NCBI GenBank assembly: GCA_030141605.1
Contig: JAQGDQ010000134.1
Coordinates: 332,816 to 396,815 of the forward strand
Source: Tubiluchus corallicola
Taxonomy: Eukaryota; Animalia; Priapulida
Direction of reading: 5' to 3'
DNA: 64,000 bases
Part shown: positions 12,461 to 27,400 of the stretch, in pieces
Numbering within the stretch: position 1 is the first letter of the stretch
Layout: each line of letters starts with the position of its first letter
Notes under the pieces: model-generated
Databases searched by the model: none
What the model was told of the DNA's origin: nothing
What the model saw: the letters and a program-made list of their open reading frames with translations, nothing else
Program-made: the position numbers and the translations under genes

Positions 12461-15400
12461 CTACTTCTTCCACATGGGACGAGCGACAGACTTCGGGGCA
12501 ACTCTCTCCACTGTTATGAGCTCATCAAAGTTGTCAACAGCCTTGTAGAAACGCAGTAGTTCCTGAATAGCGCGCTCCTCAATCTACATAAAAAAAGATT
12601 TGTTACTATAATGTATTATAGATATGCAGTTTTGAATTTGTTTTGAGGTACAGTACCTATTGTCTTAAGTTGCATAAGTCGTAAGTCGAAGAGTACTTGT
12701 GTTGCCAAAATTTTGAACAATATTACATGAGAAGCATTTGGAAAAGGGTGTTCTTACTAAGTCTTAAAATAAAAGTGATCCTATCGGGGTAATTGCAGAC
12801 AGCAGGTCCGATTTTAGCAAAAATGAATTAGCCTTCATAATGTATTTGCATTATAAGTACCTGTATCAGTGCAAGTGGTTTATTCGATTGTTTGTCCAAA
12901 TATGATGTTTGCTCAATCTCATCCTTAACAATTTCACTGAAACTTGCAACTTTTGATATGCCTGCTGTTGGATGCACTCGTTTACCCCATGCCGAGGAAG
13001 ATGCAGAAGAGTCTCCACTTTTGAAAAGCAAATCTTGGCTCCTCCAGGCAGCACTGGAAACAGATGTGGATCCACATACAGCTACGTCAGCTGGTGGAGA
13101 AAGGCAGCTGCAAAATCGAAAACTATGTTTAGATTGAACATCAGACTGAATACACTGGAAACTGTCTTAAACAAGTAATTGAACATAGTTTGTGCAACTT
13201 AATTAATAGTTACCATATTTTTGTGAAATATAAATAGACTAAAAATATTGCAAAAATATATTAAAAATATTCTAGTGGTAGTGAGTACTACAAATGCAAC
13301 TTCTAAATTCATTTATGCTGTTTACACACTAAGAAACTGTAACTGTAAATTATTGCACAATATTTATATGATTTTACTTCACCACATTATCCATTAAATT
13401 TCATTTATTAAATGGGTAAGCCTTAAAATCCTAAAAGATTTGCGTATAACAGCAAACACAAAACAGTGATCAAACTCCTTTGTGACAACTGTGACAAAAC
13501 ACGTAATCTCACAGTCTACTTGCCTAGATGTTGAAGATTTTCCATCTTGCTTACTGAGCTTTGTTAATTGGGGATTTTTTATCTGTTCTCGCTGTTCTTG
13601 AAGCATCAGATCTCTAAATGACTGCATAACTGTGGAAACTGAGGATGTCCTGTAAGTAGGAAAATGATACGAAATGCATTAAGTATTGCATTTAAATCAA
13701 ACAATTGTTAACAGTACACTAACTCCACAAAAATAAATCAAATGCTCAAGAAAATTCTTGATTTCAGACACAATGACTTAATTATTTTTAGCTTACTGTT
13801 TGCGAATTGACTGTACAATAAACAAATATCTCCTAAAGCACCTTGCAATTACTTTCCAAATGAGTGCCATGTTTGTTTGGTTCAAGTGCTAGGGGAGTGA
13901 CCAGTGGCAGCTCATGCATAGGTACTGTGGAACTCTAGCACCCCTTATTTTCACTCAGTATTATCGATAATATTCAATATAATACCGTATATACAGGTGT
14001 ACAAGTCGACGTGCATTTTAAGACCAAAAATTGCACCATTTTCTATATTACCTGTGTACAACTCGACCATAAAATATTAAGATCTTCCAGAGTAAATGAT
14101 GTCATCAAGGGCCGAGTAATAGGTCAATGGCCTACTCTGTTAGTGGGTAAGATACGTGCAAGTGCCTGGGCTGAGTGTATTATCCCTACCCGATGTATAT
14201 ATATATATATATATATTCATGTTGAGGGCCCTCCATGCAATCCACGATAATGCAGCCTAGCTTTTCATCGCGCCTAATTGTTTGTAATGCCTTTAACCCT
14301 AGGATACCACGGGTAGGATCCGAAAAAAACATATCGTAAGTATAAGTCGAGCCCAAATATTTCACCTTAAAATTGCCTCCCAAAAATACGACTTGTTCGT
14401 AAGTAAATAAGGTAAGTCTGTTTTCATTAGCTCTTCCTTTATACTTGTACGGAACCAGCGCAAGAGAAGGTAGCACTGTTTGTTTCACAGACCAGCACAG
14501 TGGTGTGTTTGGCTGCTGTGCGCATGTGACCACGTCTAAAATAACATGCTGCATGCTGTACTGCTAGCGTCTTCTGCTAGGCAGATTAAGTACTGTTGCT
14601 CACACAGTTTGTTGTCAGCGACAACACATGCTTAAAAACCATGTCCTGGCATATTCTTGAAAGATTTTCTGAAGCAGCACCCCACTACTTTTAACCACAA
14701 GCCGCCACTGTGAGTAACTTTAAACTCGGATTTCAGCCGAATTAGTGAAAATATGGAATGCTATGAATCGATGACAAAGAAAATTGTCTTAATCTATTTA
14801 TTACAGCATTTTGAACTTCCCAGTAATCAGAGCACAACAAAGAAAATGCTACAAAAAAGTTTCAACTTTGCACAGGAAAAACCAAAAAATGTTTATAGTT
14901 ACACTTTGATACATTGAAAAATAAAAAAGCAGATTTTCTAGACAAGACAAACTTAAGAATTGCATTCACTAGCCAACAATTTGTGTAGCATGACATATTC
15001 AAAATATGTTTATTCACAGGTTTATTCAAAAGAATATACAATTTCTTTAACGCTCATCAAATTTGGATTTTAATGATAAAAATACTTAACAGAAAATATT
15101 ACAGACCATGCGGTCACTTTCTGATGACCTGCTAATTGACTCGATTTCCCCGTAGATTTTCCATTTTCCTGATTTTCGTTTCGTTTTGTTGTATCTTTTC
15201 TTTGCTTTGATGATGCAGGTCGTCTTTCACTAAAAGAGCATATTAGCAAAATTAAAAATAACATAGTTATATAAATACGATTAAATACTTGCCTTTGCTT
15301 ATAAGGACAATTTGTTGTTTACCTTTTTTGGGCTACTGATTGAAGTGAGGACTGCTCCAGCATAATATCTCGAAGACTTGATTGCATCGGAATTTTAACA

Positions 15401-18400
15401 GAAGTGGTTGCACCCCACGGTTTCGTTTTTGTGTGACCGTTTTCCAAAATCGTACTTTCACCTATTACAGAATGTTCTACAGCATTGACAGTAGAAGTCA
15501 TATCAGTAGGAAGTTCAGGGACTAAAAGTTCTGGCACGTCTTCTATTGTCTGCAAATATTTGAAAGCACAATTTGGAAAAGTTCAGAAAAACTAATAAAT
15601 TTTTAAATTAAAGGAAAACAGGGCGACTGTGTACACATTAGTTCAGAAAAAGTATGCTTCGAAATATTGAAAACTACAATAGCTTTTTTAAACCAAAGCT
15701 TAGATTAAATAATGATTACCTCGGATACACAAATTTTGTTAAACTTTCAAAGCTATGCGCGGCTCAGTGAATCTACTAAGATTGACTGAAAGGCAACAAC
15801 GCCTTTTTGTCACATTCGTGTGGCCGACAAATAGAAGGCGGTACCGTGATAACCATGATCATGAACTGCAGTCATATGACGTAAAGCCCATTTTCGTGAC
15901 ATCACGCATTTAAGCAGTAACACTTACGCAAACTTGCTTGATGCACAAGGGAAGATGCCTGCCATTGCGCAACCAGTGGTTAGTTTCTGATGTAAGCAAC
16001 AGCTGTGTTTGGTTGCCATTAATTAACTTTCTAAGTTAATTATTCAAATGTAACAGACAACTTTTATAGGCAAGAAAATGTATATTCTGGACAGTAAATC
16101 AAAATGAGATCGAGTCTACACAATCATCCAGTTTTCCTTTAATAAGTAAACTTATTAGTTAATAAACCAATAAGGTAATAAAATCATAAAAATCAATCTA
16201 AAATTACAAAATTGTACTAATTGTAAGGATTATAGGACTGATTCTAAAGTCATCATAAAATCGTTACCAATACTCTAATGTACAGACAATGCTATGATCC
16301 ATAATGGTGTCTAAAAAGGTGTGCTTTTAAATACCCTTTAAAATTTTGTTATGATGGCAATTGATACAAAGATAATGGTAAACGATTCAACAATCACGGA
16401 GCACAAACTGTAAAGGCACGACGGCCATATGTTTCTTCCTTACACCTAGGTTATATAAACGTAAAGGATCGGCTGCTGTGCCGGTACGACTGGCAACACC
16501 ATCATGAATGGTGCTAGGCAATAATAAACAGACAAATATGTCGCCCACTGTCAATGCAAAATTTTGTAAGCAAATACCGTACAAACAACCAAACCCAAAC
16601 TAAAACCAACTAAACAAATGGCCATTATTTCCATGCCATTTAAAATTGCCACGAATAGAAATGCTCTTAAAGGCACAATCTAAAAATGACTCCATATTTC
16701 ACTCTTTTTACAAGGCAGATGGAACGTCTGGCAATGACCCATTTTTCCTGTCACTCAATAAGTCCTAATTAACCTGGTTGCCAGGCAACCAGTTTTTTGC
16801 CTGGTTGGAAGCCAGAAGAGAAAGCAGTTTACTTAGTGTCCTGACATTTAAACTCAACTCTTTCATTGCATGGAAATTATTAGACCTAATGATTACTTAA
16901 TCAGCCTCACAAAGTTATGTTTTCACACTCGTCAGAAGAAAATACAAAAACTAACCTGATATTTAGGCAAAAGCGCTCCGGGCTTAGTTTCCTCCACTTC
17001 CCACCAATCATCCGCCGAAGATGCAGAACAAACTGATTCAAGCCGACGCTTGCCTTCTGGATGCTGAGGCATCTCCTTGCCAATCTTGTCATCGGAAAAG
17101 CTCTTGGACTTGGATCGTGACTTTTTCCTGGTTTTGCTCTTTTGGGGTTCACTCGACTGGGAAAGCAAACTGGAGTCTAACATTGAGAGGTCAATGGAAC
17201 TGGCACTGTCGTTGAGTTGGTCAAAGTTGGGCGCATCAGAAAACGGTGTTATAATTCTTCGGCTCATAGCTGGAACCTACAAATATAATATAAATTTCAC
17301 ATCAAAGACCACCGAAGCACAGCGTTGGTTACGGCAATGCTTACGGAACTATTTATAAAATATGAAAAGGAGCTACTACTGAGAAAAAAAGAGAGAAACA
17401 GAAAGAAAGGAACAGAAAAAAAGAAAAGAAAAGAAAAGAGAAAGGAAAGGAAAGGAAAGGAAAGGAAAGGAAAGGAAAGGAAAGGAAAGGAAAGGAAAGG
17501 AAAGGAAAGGAAAGGAAAGGAAAGGAAAGGAAAAGAGAAGAGAAGAGAAGAGAAGAGAGGAGAGGAGAGGAAAGGAGAGGAGAAAAGAAAAGAAAAGAAA
17601 AGAAAAGAAAAGAAAAGAAAAGAAAAGAAAAGAAAAGAAAAGAAAAGAAAAGAAAAGAAAAGAAAAGAAAAGAAAAGAAAAGAAAAGAAAAGAAAAGAAA
17701 AGAAAAGAAAAGAAAAGAAAAGAAAGGAAATGAAAAGAAAGGAAATGAAAAGAAAAGAAAAGAAAGGAAAGGGAAAGAAAAGAAAAGAAAAGAAAAAAGA
17801 AAAGAGAAAGTATTTACTCTGCCAGATAATCCTAAACAATTAAAAAAATTAGTAAAAACGGTAATTCTGAATTAGTTTTGTATGTCAAAGCATATTTGCA
17901 GTTAATCAAATAAGCATTCAGAAGTTAGTCCAGTAAACAGCATTTTTAGTTATCCCGAAAAAAGACAAAACTAACACAAAAGGTAGCAAAAAAGTTTTTT
18001 ACCATCATAGCAAAGATTTCAATATGATAAAATTCAAGCTTTCCTCTCGTGATACATGGTGAAGAAAGTTGGCATGCGAAAATCTCCTGTTAATACCCTA
18101 TAAACTCAAACGACTGGCAGAGAAATAGCAGAAATTTTTCATCGGAACTTGGTCACACAATCACACTTACAATTCCAGGGGAAAAGTGGGAATATTCCCT
18201 TTAACTGACAGAAGTTGCATGTGTGCATATGAACTAAGGCAACTCTGAGACACCAATAGAGACATATTCTGGTCCTACCACAAACATCTAAATTAAGTAG
18301 GCCCTCTTGCTCAGATCTAGATCCCAACTTGGAAAGTGCCAAACAGCATAAAAAACTACACACTGGCCACCACACAAGCAGCAGTACATTGATTGGACTC

Positions 18401-21400
18401 ACCACATCTTGATAATACCGTGTCAGCTCTATCATCACTTCGCTGCTACAAATGTCCAGACCACGCGACTCGAGGATAATGGGAAGATTCAAGCAGACAA
18501 ACTGCATGCACGACAGCTTCAACTGTTCAGCATTGTAAATGTAAGCAAATTCTAGCAGCTCACCGACGTTTCGTAAAGATACTTGGGAAGCTAGAGCAAT
18601 CTCTGCGAGTGTCCTCAAACGACCAATTAACAACTGGTCAGCAATGACCAAAGTATTGCAAATGAATTCTATATCCTCAGTATCTGTTACAACAAAAAAA
18701 AGAAGAAATGAGAAAATAAAGAAGTGTAAAAACTACTAAAAATACTTACTTCTAAGCCAATAATGCTAGATTAAATTAGTATTAACCATTGACGTTGGAA
18801 ATGCTTTACTTTTTTTGAAAGTACTGGCCAGGTAATTCGCATATCAACTCAAATTTGTTCAAATCATTATACCACTGAATCACTTTTTTCAACTGCAATT
18901 ATTTTCTCCAAAATATTAGAAATCAATTACTTTTAAATAATTATCTTTACCTTGCAATGCAGGTGTTTGATCAGAATAAAGAAAATCCAAAATGACATGC
19001 AGCACATTCAGAGGCATGGGCAGCTTAAGAGGTCCAGCTTTTGCAGTCTGCAACAGCAAAAAACTTCATTCAACATTTGCATGATAATGAAAAATCAGAA
19101 ATGGAGATTCGACCTATGAATTAATTAACAAAGGCTCTAAACCAGTAAATGAGCTAATTGCTACCCAACACAAGGTAAAAAACATGAAATGAAGCGCCAA
19201 ACATTTCCAAGAATGAACACACAGTTATTAATAATGTTCTTTGCTTAAGTTTTTTTTTAAATAGTGCAACCAAGGTGCAAAAAAATTGCAAATATGTTTC
19301 TTTGTGGCACCATAATTTTTTAGTCAGATATATACTGATGACATTGTAGAAGACATCACTAATTATTATGCAAGGTGCAATTTAAAGGCAACCATAAATT
19401 AATATAACAAAGTGTTTAGTTACCTCTATCCACCCAGAAGCCAGCATATTGTGAAAGTATTCAAGCCTGGCAATCAGAATACACTTGTGACATGGAACAG
19501 TTGTGCCATCTGCTGACTCAATGCTGATGTCGTGCAGTTCTGGACTGCAAAATACACCCAAAAAAACATTGAAATGTATTGAAACGATACTACACGAAGA
19601 AACTCAATGATAGGACTCGGTGCTTGGTTCGATTTTTGTAATGAAAGTTAAAATGCACTGAGGAAGGAGTTCACAATTCCCCACACAATATAATTACCCT
19701 AACCCTATAACCAACCCTAATCCTAATCTGCTCCATGAAGTAATTTCTTGTATCTGGGGAATTGTAAATTTTAGCCTGCACTAAAAATGGAACAAGATCT
19801 TGATTAACTCATTCAGTACCTTCCAAGTTAGTTAATTCCTTGAACAGCATCTGCATACTAATATTAACTAATCAAACAAGCAAGTTTAAAATAATAAATG
19901 TAACTAAATCGAACTTCATATGCTTGCAAAAACTAAATAAGTACAGCACATAAAACACTGTACTCTACAGAACAGACTTCGTTTTAACCTGGTTATGAGC
20001 AACCCTAGAACTGCAAAAAAGAAGCTTCTTTGGTTCCAGGGCAAATGCGATTCTGCACTAACTTACTTTGTAAAAATGTTACTTCTACAGCTTTCATAAT
20101 TCACCAAGGAAGGCACAGAGGTCAGATGACATGCAAAGTTCTGGAGTATTACATAAATGACAATGACTCATTTATAATAAAATCATTTCATTTATGGAAA
20201 CAAATCTTTGACTATACAGCTAACACAGCATAAGTCTTCTATACTATTGCAAACAGCAAATTTCTGTATAGCTCATACTAGCTTATGTAAAGAATTCTTT
20301 ATGCTATAAGCAAAATAAGTTGTGAATTCATCACAGGAAAGATGTTTGTAATGAAAAGTAAGCTTACAACTGTTTTCTGGTGAATCTGAACTGTTTTGTT
20401 TGCACTGTCTTACCACTCGACACAACGGTATCCTTCCCGTATTTCACTCCCTCCAATCTAAAGTGAGAAAACAATGTAGTTGAAAGACAACTAAAGTACT
20501 AACAACATGAAACGCATGCACGACAACAATGGCATAATTAAATTTTTGTTTAATAGCTTAACAGCTCTTAGGAGCTAGTAATTTTTTATGTTTATGTAAA
20601 GCTCGACTTTAAATTAAGTTTGATTTGATTTGCTTTGTTTTGTTATTTGTGAATTCTTAATCTCTAACATTTGGTAATTAAGCTGAAACAAATATAAAAG
20701 AGTATTCCAACATTCAAAAGATATTTGTCTCTCTGCATGTTTGTAGTGATTTAAAATCTCAAAACATTAGTTTTTACTTAATAGATATTCATGGGCTAAT
20801 TTAATATTCAAACTAATAAAACATCTACATGACACTGAGCATGCAAAGTTTGTAACTTTGCCTGTGCAGACCTGTAAATGTAAGGTAAAAACATTTAGTT
20901 TAAAGTCAGACAAACCTGTTTTAAGACTTGCCGTAATGATTCATTGTGTTTTCGTACATGTTTACTCACAGAATACTCACACATTTGCTCACATGGCGAT
21001 TAATGGTCTCAGTGATCAAATTATTCAAGCTCGTGAGAGAAATAGCTTACCAAATCGTTTAAGAATCGGTGAGACAAGTCTCTGATTGTTTAGGTATTTT
21101 TTCTGATGCATCTTCCTATGATGGTTTTTGCAATGACAATCATAATATTTAAAAACCATTAATGAGCATTCGAAAAATTCTGCTAGAGCAGAACATGTGG
21201 CAGTTCACTAGAGTTAAAAAATCTTTCCTTATAAAAGGTAAAGCAAAAGATTTTTTAGAGCATTTTACAATGCAAATAATTGCAAAATTTTGTAAATCAG
21301 CAAAAACTTAGAGAAAAGACTTGCACGATTGTGGGTAATTTTGTACATTAATTAACAAATTATATAATTTATTCTAAATGAAATGCACATCACATATTTA

Positions 21401-24400
21401 TTCAAGAAATTTTGCTAGATAACGTAATGTTTCGATCATACTATCAAGTGCAGAACAATCATTATTTCACTTCCCACTACCATGTACCTTTTTCCCAAGT
21501 TAAACACTCCGAATTTTTTCGCAGCATCGGACAATAGTTTGACTGGATTGGCTTCACGTGTTTCTTGATCGTTTCCAAGATTCTGCTGCTTTTTCTTTCC
21601 CTTTTTCTTTCTCCCAGCTTGTTCAGCCTAATGATACATTATATGAAACATTATAGATATGAAAACCATATTATCATTGCAGTAATAATTCCTAACTTCT
21701 TCATGTTATAAATGCTTTAAAAATATTCATAACAAAACATTATCACTAACTAAAAAAAACTGCAACCAAAATATGTTATTCTTTAAAAAATACCAGACTG
21801 TAAGAATTATGTAAAGTCACTTGTAGCAAAATCACCAGATAAAAGCCGTAGACACCAATGATAAGCAACGAGTGACAATTTTCATTACCTCAAAATCTCC
21901 GGCAGAATATTTATCATAGTCAAGTTGCGGAGAAGTAGATGAATGAAGTACAAATCGCCTCCCTGGACTCAACAAATCACAAGTGTCTGTAAAAAAAGAT
22001 GATGCACTAACAACTTAATTTTACTTTAGCATAAACATAATTTATTTGGTTTAGATTAGGCAGTTTTTAGAAATGATACATGAGTGCTCACCATGCAAGT
22101 GTATGAATAGACAAGCATGGATAACTTATTTCCAAGAAATGAACCAATCATTAAATACTGATTCAAAAAATGAGCTCCTAACTTCTAAGTATTTATCATA
22201 CGGTTTACAATTATCTCGAAAAGTATAGATAGTTTACTAACTACCTGTATAAATATATGTAAGTAATTGATGAAATATCTCTGGTATCACACCGTCAATT
22301 TCAATAACTTTAACACCACTTTCAGCAGTGCAGAGTGGTAGTGTTTTCTTGAAGTATTCACTTCTAGCTGTGAGAATGTATGCATGTGCGCGAAGCTTTC
22401 TCGGGCCAAGCTGAAAATTATCAAAGATATCTTTAGCAAACTAGAGAAATTTATGGGAAAGCTTAGGGCAAAGCTGAATGAATTCATGAAAGTAATTGGA
22501 ACTTTCACAATACAGAGTATTAGTGCACAGACAATATGAAAGCTGATAGTTTGGTACCACAGCAAATCAACATTTCACTGAGTTTTGTGAAAAATTTGTT
22601 ACAGGTTTTAGCACTTTTGTTTTCATGTCAAATGTTTAAATTCCAACAAGTGTAAAAAGGCATAAAGTTCAAAACTGATATGAAGTACATCACAGTGGGG
22701 CAACGACAGCACTAAGAATTCTTAGTCTGCCATTCACAGCAAAATACGTTGTGAGAAGCACTTAGAGTAGAGAAATGTACAAATATTTCTTACATACTAA
22801 CAGTGATTTTAAAATACTTGACCTCAGAAAAAGATTATTAGCCAATACAAGTACATAGTAGGATAAAACATATCAATAAATAAACAGCTACTACAAAAAG
22901 CATAAAAATACAAAACCTTGTAAGCATAATAAGCAATTAAGACAGTAATAATATACTTGAAAAATACCTTAATAAGAACATCATGTACGGAGCTGTAATG
23001 TTCGGTTTCTGCAAGAAGCTGTCCGAGATCACTCCACAGTTGTGCAGGAGCAGCTACAGGTACTTCAGTCATGCTGTTTGGAAAATAAACAACTTTATTC
23101 AACTCCAAACGACAATGAAAATACAAGACATTGTCTTTGACATGAGTTTTATTTTGAGAACTTGTAAGTGTACACTTTATAATAGATGACAACTACCAGT
23201 ATGCACCACATACATTACATAAAAAATGTCTAAGGTTTTTGTGTAGCTTGCTATTATTGCTAAAAATACACCCTATATTTTATGTTTGACTGTACTTATC
23301 TAGTATCCACTGATACAGCAGTAAACTTTTTGACAAAAATATTACAAAACCTACAAATATACTCGTAGTCTCAGAAGGCTAACACAAAACACTGTATGAT
23401 CAATGGGAGTAAGCGTGGTTAAGTCTTTAAAAATTTACTGTTTCTCAAGTGACATGCCAAAATGTAAGACTTCCAAGAGCAAAGCCATGTAAAACCACAT
23501 CGACTCTGAGTAAAAGAAATATAATACAATTTTTCACTGGATTATTAAAATACAAAAGGCAAAAGCGAAGATTTCGTCCTAACAAAATTACAGAATTTTT
23601 ATTTGAAGATATCTAACTTTATCGCTATTTGAAGGTATAAAAAACTTTCTACAAAAACCGAAGGCCTATAATATATTTTCACATGCCTGCAAAATTTTTG
23701 TTCACTATTTGAACGGAGACAGTGTTTCGTTGACAATGACTTAACCAAACGGTCTAACTCTTCAGAAGACTAAATGAAGTAGTTTGAATGATGAAACACC
23801 CTTTCCGCTGCCATGGACTAAACTGACTGGACAAGTTAGAAAGCAGCAAACTCTGCGATTATAGTGCCTAGAAAGAAACTAGGCTTTCACGGTGCATAAG
23901 ACAGCTTACACTTAGCATGAAAGAAGTGCACACCACAACATATTTTAAAAAATTGTGCTTATCTGCTTTGCAACAATGGTAAATGCTAAGAGATTAGATC
24001 TCTACCTCATGTGGGGATCAGATTGGATGATGGAGAAGTTTCGACCTTTTGAATCGCATGCAACGCTCGTTGCGCGATATATTCCTGAGATGCATCTGAG
24101 AGTAACAAACTCGCACTCATCATAGTTCAGCAATTCCACCATGCCACTGTATGCAAATGAATCAAAATCCTTCACATCCTTCTCTGACTTACTGATTTCT
24201 ATAAACACAAAAAAATGTGAAAATTTTCACATTAAACTATGTCAAAAATATCACAAAAATTTAATATTTTAAACTCAACGTAGTAATAATTTCATATTGT
24301 AACAGCCTAGAAATGTGTTATTATCGAAATGTGGAAATAGGGCAAAGTTTATTACGTAACACTGCGTCCAGTTTAGTATTTCAATGAAAATGTGCTCTTT

Positions 24401-27400
24401 AGATTCAGATTCATTTTATTTTCCCTTTTGTACATACCAAACTTATAGTTATAACTAAATTAAAAAATACAATTCAAGAGAAGGGTGGCGAAAAACTTTA
24501 AGATTTGGCATTGGCCATTTATGGACAAGACATATTGGTTTACAAAAATATGCAAAAACGTATAATGCTAGTAGCGCAAGTATACTTTCCAAAGCTCCAC
24601 AAAAAATAATCCCAGGGCACCTATCATTCACAGGCAAAATTTGCATGATCTGCAGACGCTGTACCATTTTTAAAAGAACTTATATAATTGTCACAATTGT
24701 CTTTAAATTTTTTTCTATGATATCATATTGAGAAAAATGTGTGGTAATTATGCATTATCTTGTTGCCCTTGGCAAAGCTCCTTTTATGACCAAGGGCCTC
24801 TCTAATTATCCATGGGCCCCACTCCATTGCGTAACGTTCAACTGTTGAAAATTCGAAATCATTACTCCCAAAGAATAATTACATTCTCACTAGGAAGCGA
24901 ATAACTTATACAAAAGCGATGGTTTGTAAGTCCTTTGTGTGCAAGACCTTTGTCTCCATGTCACGTGGAACCCAATTAAGTAGCCAGATTTATAAAAAAA
25001 ACTATAATGGAAGCATTAAAGTGCTTAAACCTGATATATCCAATTTGCACATTTCTTGTAAAGTTAACTAAAAAAATCACGAGAAGCCGTTACAGTTGCC
25101 AAGAATCCACTCTTTCAAAAAAAATTTAACATACGTATTGGGACAAATCCACCTAAACTCTAAAATGAAAGAAATCCCAGTCAATTTAATGGAAATGATC
25201 GATTTAACAGACATACGTATTGAAAAAGTGAAAAATCGAGCTCTGTTACGGTCTGCATAATGATCTGTAATATCCCCAGGTAAAATTTCAGCCTGTGGCA
25301 AAACTACAATGAAAACTGTGGCCTATGACAGCTTTCAAAAACAAATGTGACAACAGCGACAGCATGAACAAGCTGAAGAAGATCACACATTTCCTGCCGG
25401 ATCCAAAAACTGCTAATGCGCGTCTACCTTTTTCCTTGCTGCTAAGTGGGACACGTTTTCTGAATGTTCCGAGGAAACCTTGTCCATCATTGTCCACCAC
25501 GGTTATACCATCCATGTGTATTGCAACATCGGTAATGAATAGTTGCCTGCCAATGGTTAAAACTAATCTGCGAAGAACTGGATCAGATGCTCGCCAACAA
25601 TAAAGCTGTAAAAAAATAAGAAATGGTGAAAAAATTAAATTGCTCGACGAAATACTTCTCATCGCTTATTTAAATTTAAATTAAACAATAAGCCAAATGA
25701 GAACTAAGAATTTGAAATCTTTTTAAGTTAGAAACAAAACCGGGGAATGGTTGGACAAGCTCTAATCATTTCGACTAAGTCTGCAATTAAAGTAAATAAC
25801 CTAGTAAAGTAAATGACAAAATAATGCAATAATGTGCAAGGAACAAAAAGAAATTGTAGTGATCTATATACTAAACAACAATCTGTATGTAGCAAATCAC
25901 AAGCAAAAGGTGATACTGCACCGGCTACGGTTCTTGCTAGGACTCTCATCAGCTACCTAAATTAACAGCACATATCCAAAAGGCAAACTTCATAAAAATA
26001 TGCTATCATTCATATCCACAAAGTTTATAAGCCAAAACTATTGCATGAAACTTACAGCTACAATCTCTAAACAACAACTCAGCCTAGGAACATCATACGC
26101 TACACACAAACACATTTCACTTATAAAAATACAGTGTATAAAAATCATAGTACCCAAGGAACAATGCCGTGTATGAAATAGAGTGACTGCTAAACTGCCT
26201 TAAGTTAATTATGATTTTATAAATGGCCATTTTACTTCATATGTACTACAGAAAATCAGCTTTTATAAACAAATAACTTGTTCTTAACTCGACATCTCAT
26301 TCTTAGCTCAATAATGGTGTTATTTTTGAGTCAGAACCGTACCTTGCTCGTAGAAGACAGGAGAACAATGACCAGTTCATCACCGCCCTTTTCCTTTAAT
26401 CCTTCCACATTAATGCTGCTGTCTAAATGGCCTCCATGTACAGCAACTTTAACCAAATCAATGCGCCTGTAAAACGTTAGTACAACTTTTTATTCTTTTG
26501 CATATTATTTTCCTAATTGTCTGGCTTAAGCAAGCTAGTAAATATTCAATTCAACTGCCATACTTATTGTGCTAAATAGGACAAAGTTACTACATGAATA
26601 GAAGGAACAAAAAAATTGCTCAAGATAATAGGCATAGAACCACCATATTTGACCATAAAATTGCACACACAAACTGGAAAGTACATTTTTGCACATATAT
26701 ACTTTTTGCACTTATAGTAAAACTAAATTGGTACGAGTCAGATTGATTAAGCCAGAATAGTAGGTTTTACAACAAACATTACTTGAAAGTGGGATGAGGA
26801 CTTAGGTTTATGAGGCAGTGGGTTAAACAGTATAAATACACACACACCTTGAAGCTCAGTATTAATCTCATCGTATTAATCTGTTTTGTAACAAATAAAA
26901 GCATTTTGTACAGATAAAATATTCAGCATGTATTACTATAACAAGATTCAGCAAAATGTGAGAAGATAAAAAATGTTCCTATCTGAACCCTACACGCAGC
27001 TTGAAAAATTGTTAAAATTGACAAATAAACAAGCACTTAAATATAAAAGGCATGCATAAACAGTAAACAGTTTTCATCTTCATCTCTCCCCATACATTCA
27101 CAATTTTTTATCTGTGTATTTTAATGTAATTTTTACATTTTGTTGCAATGTAAAGAATTATATAGTTATTTATGTATGTATGCCGTATTAATATGTTAAA
27201 GTAAAATTCCATTTTAGTGAGAAACAATCATGCATCTTACTTAGATCCTATTTTTCGGGTCTGATACTCATGAAGAACGTAGATGTCGCCTTTCGTCGTC
27301 AAGGAAACCGTAGCAGCATCACTGCAGCTAACCATTTTTATTTGCAGATCCTTATGGTTCAAAGAAGCAACCAGGCGAGGTTGAGTCACCAAAATTTCAG

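Noticed and set aside
17297-17843. 180-aa F/S/L-rich and 172-aa K/E/R-rich ORFs
   Set aside because: Translations of the stop-free pentanucleotide microsatellite.
19650-19790. Telomere-like CCCTAA run
   Set aside because: Only a few degenerate units; more likely a fragment of a non-autonomous repeat.
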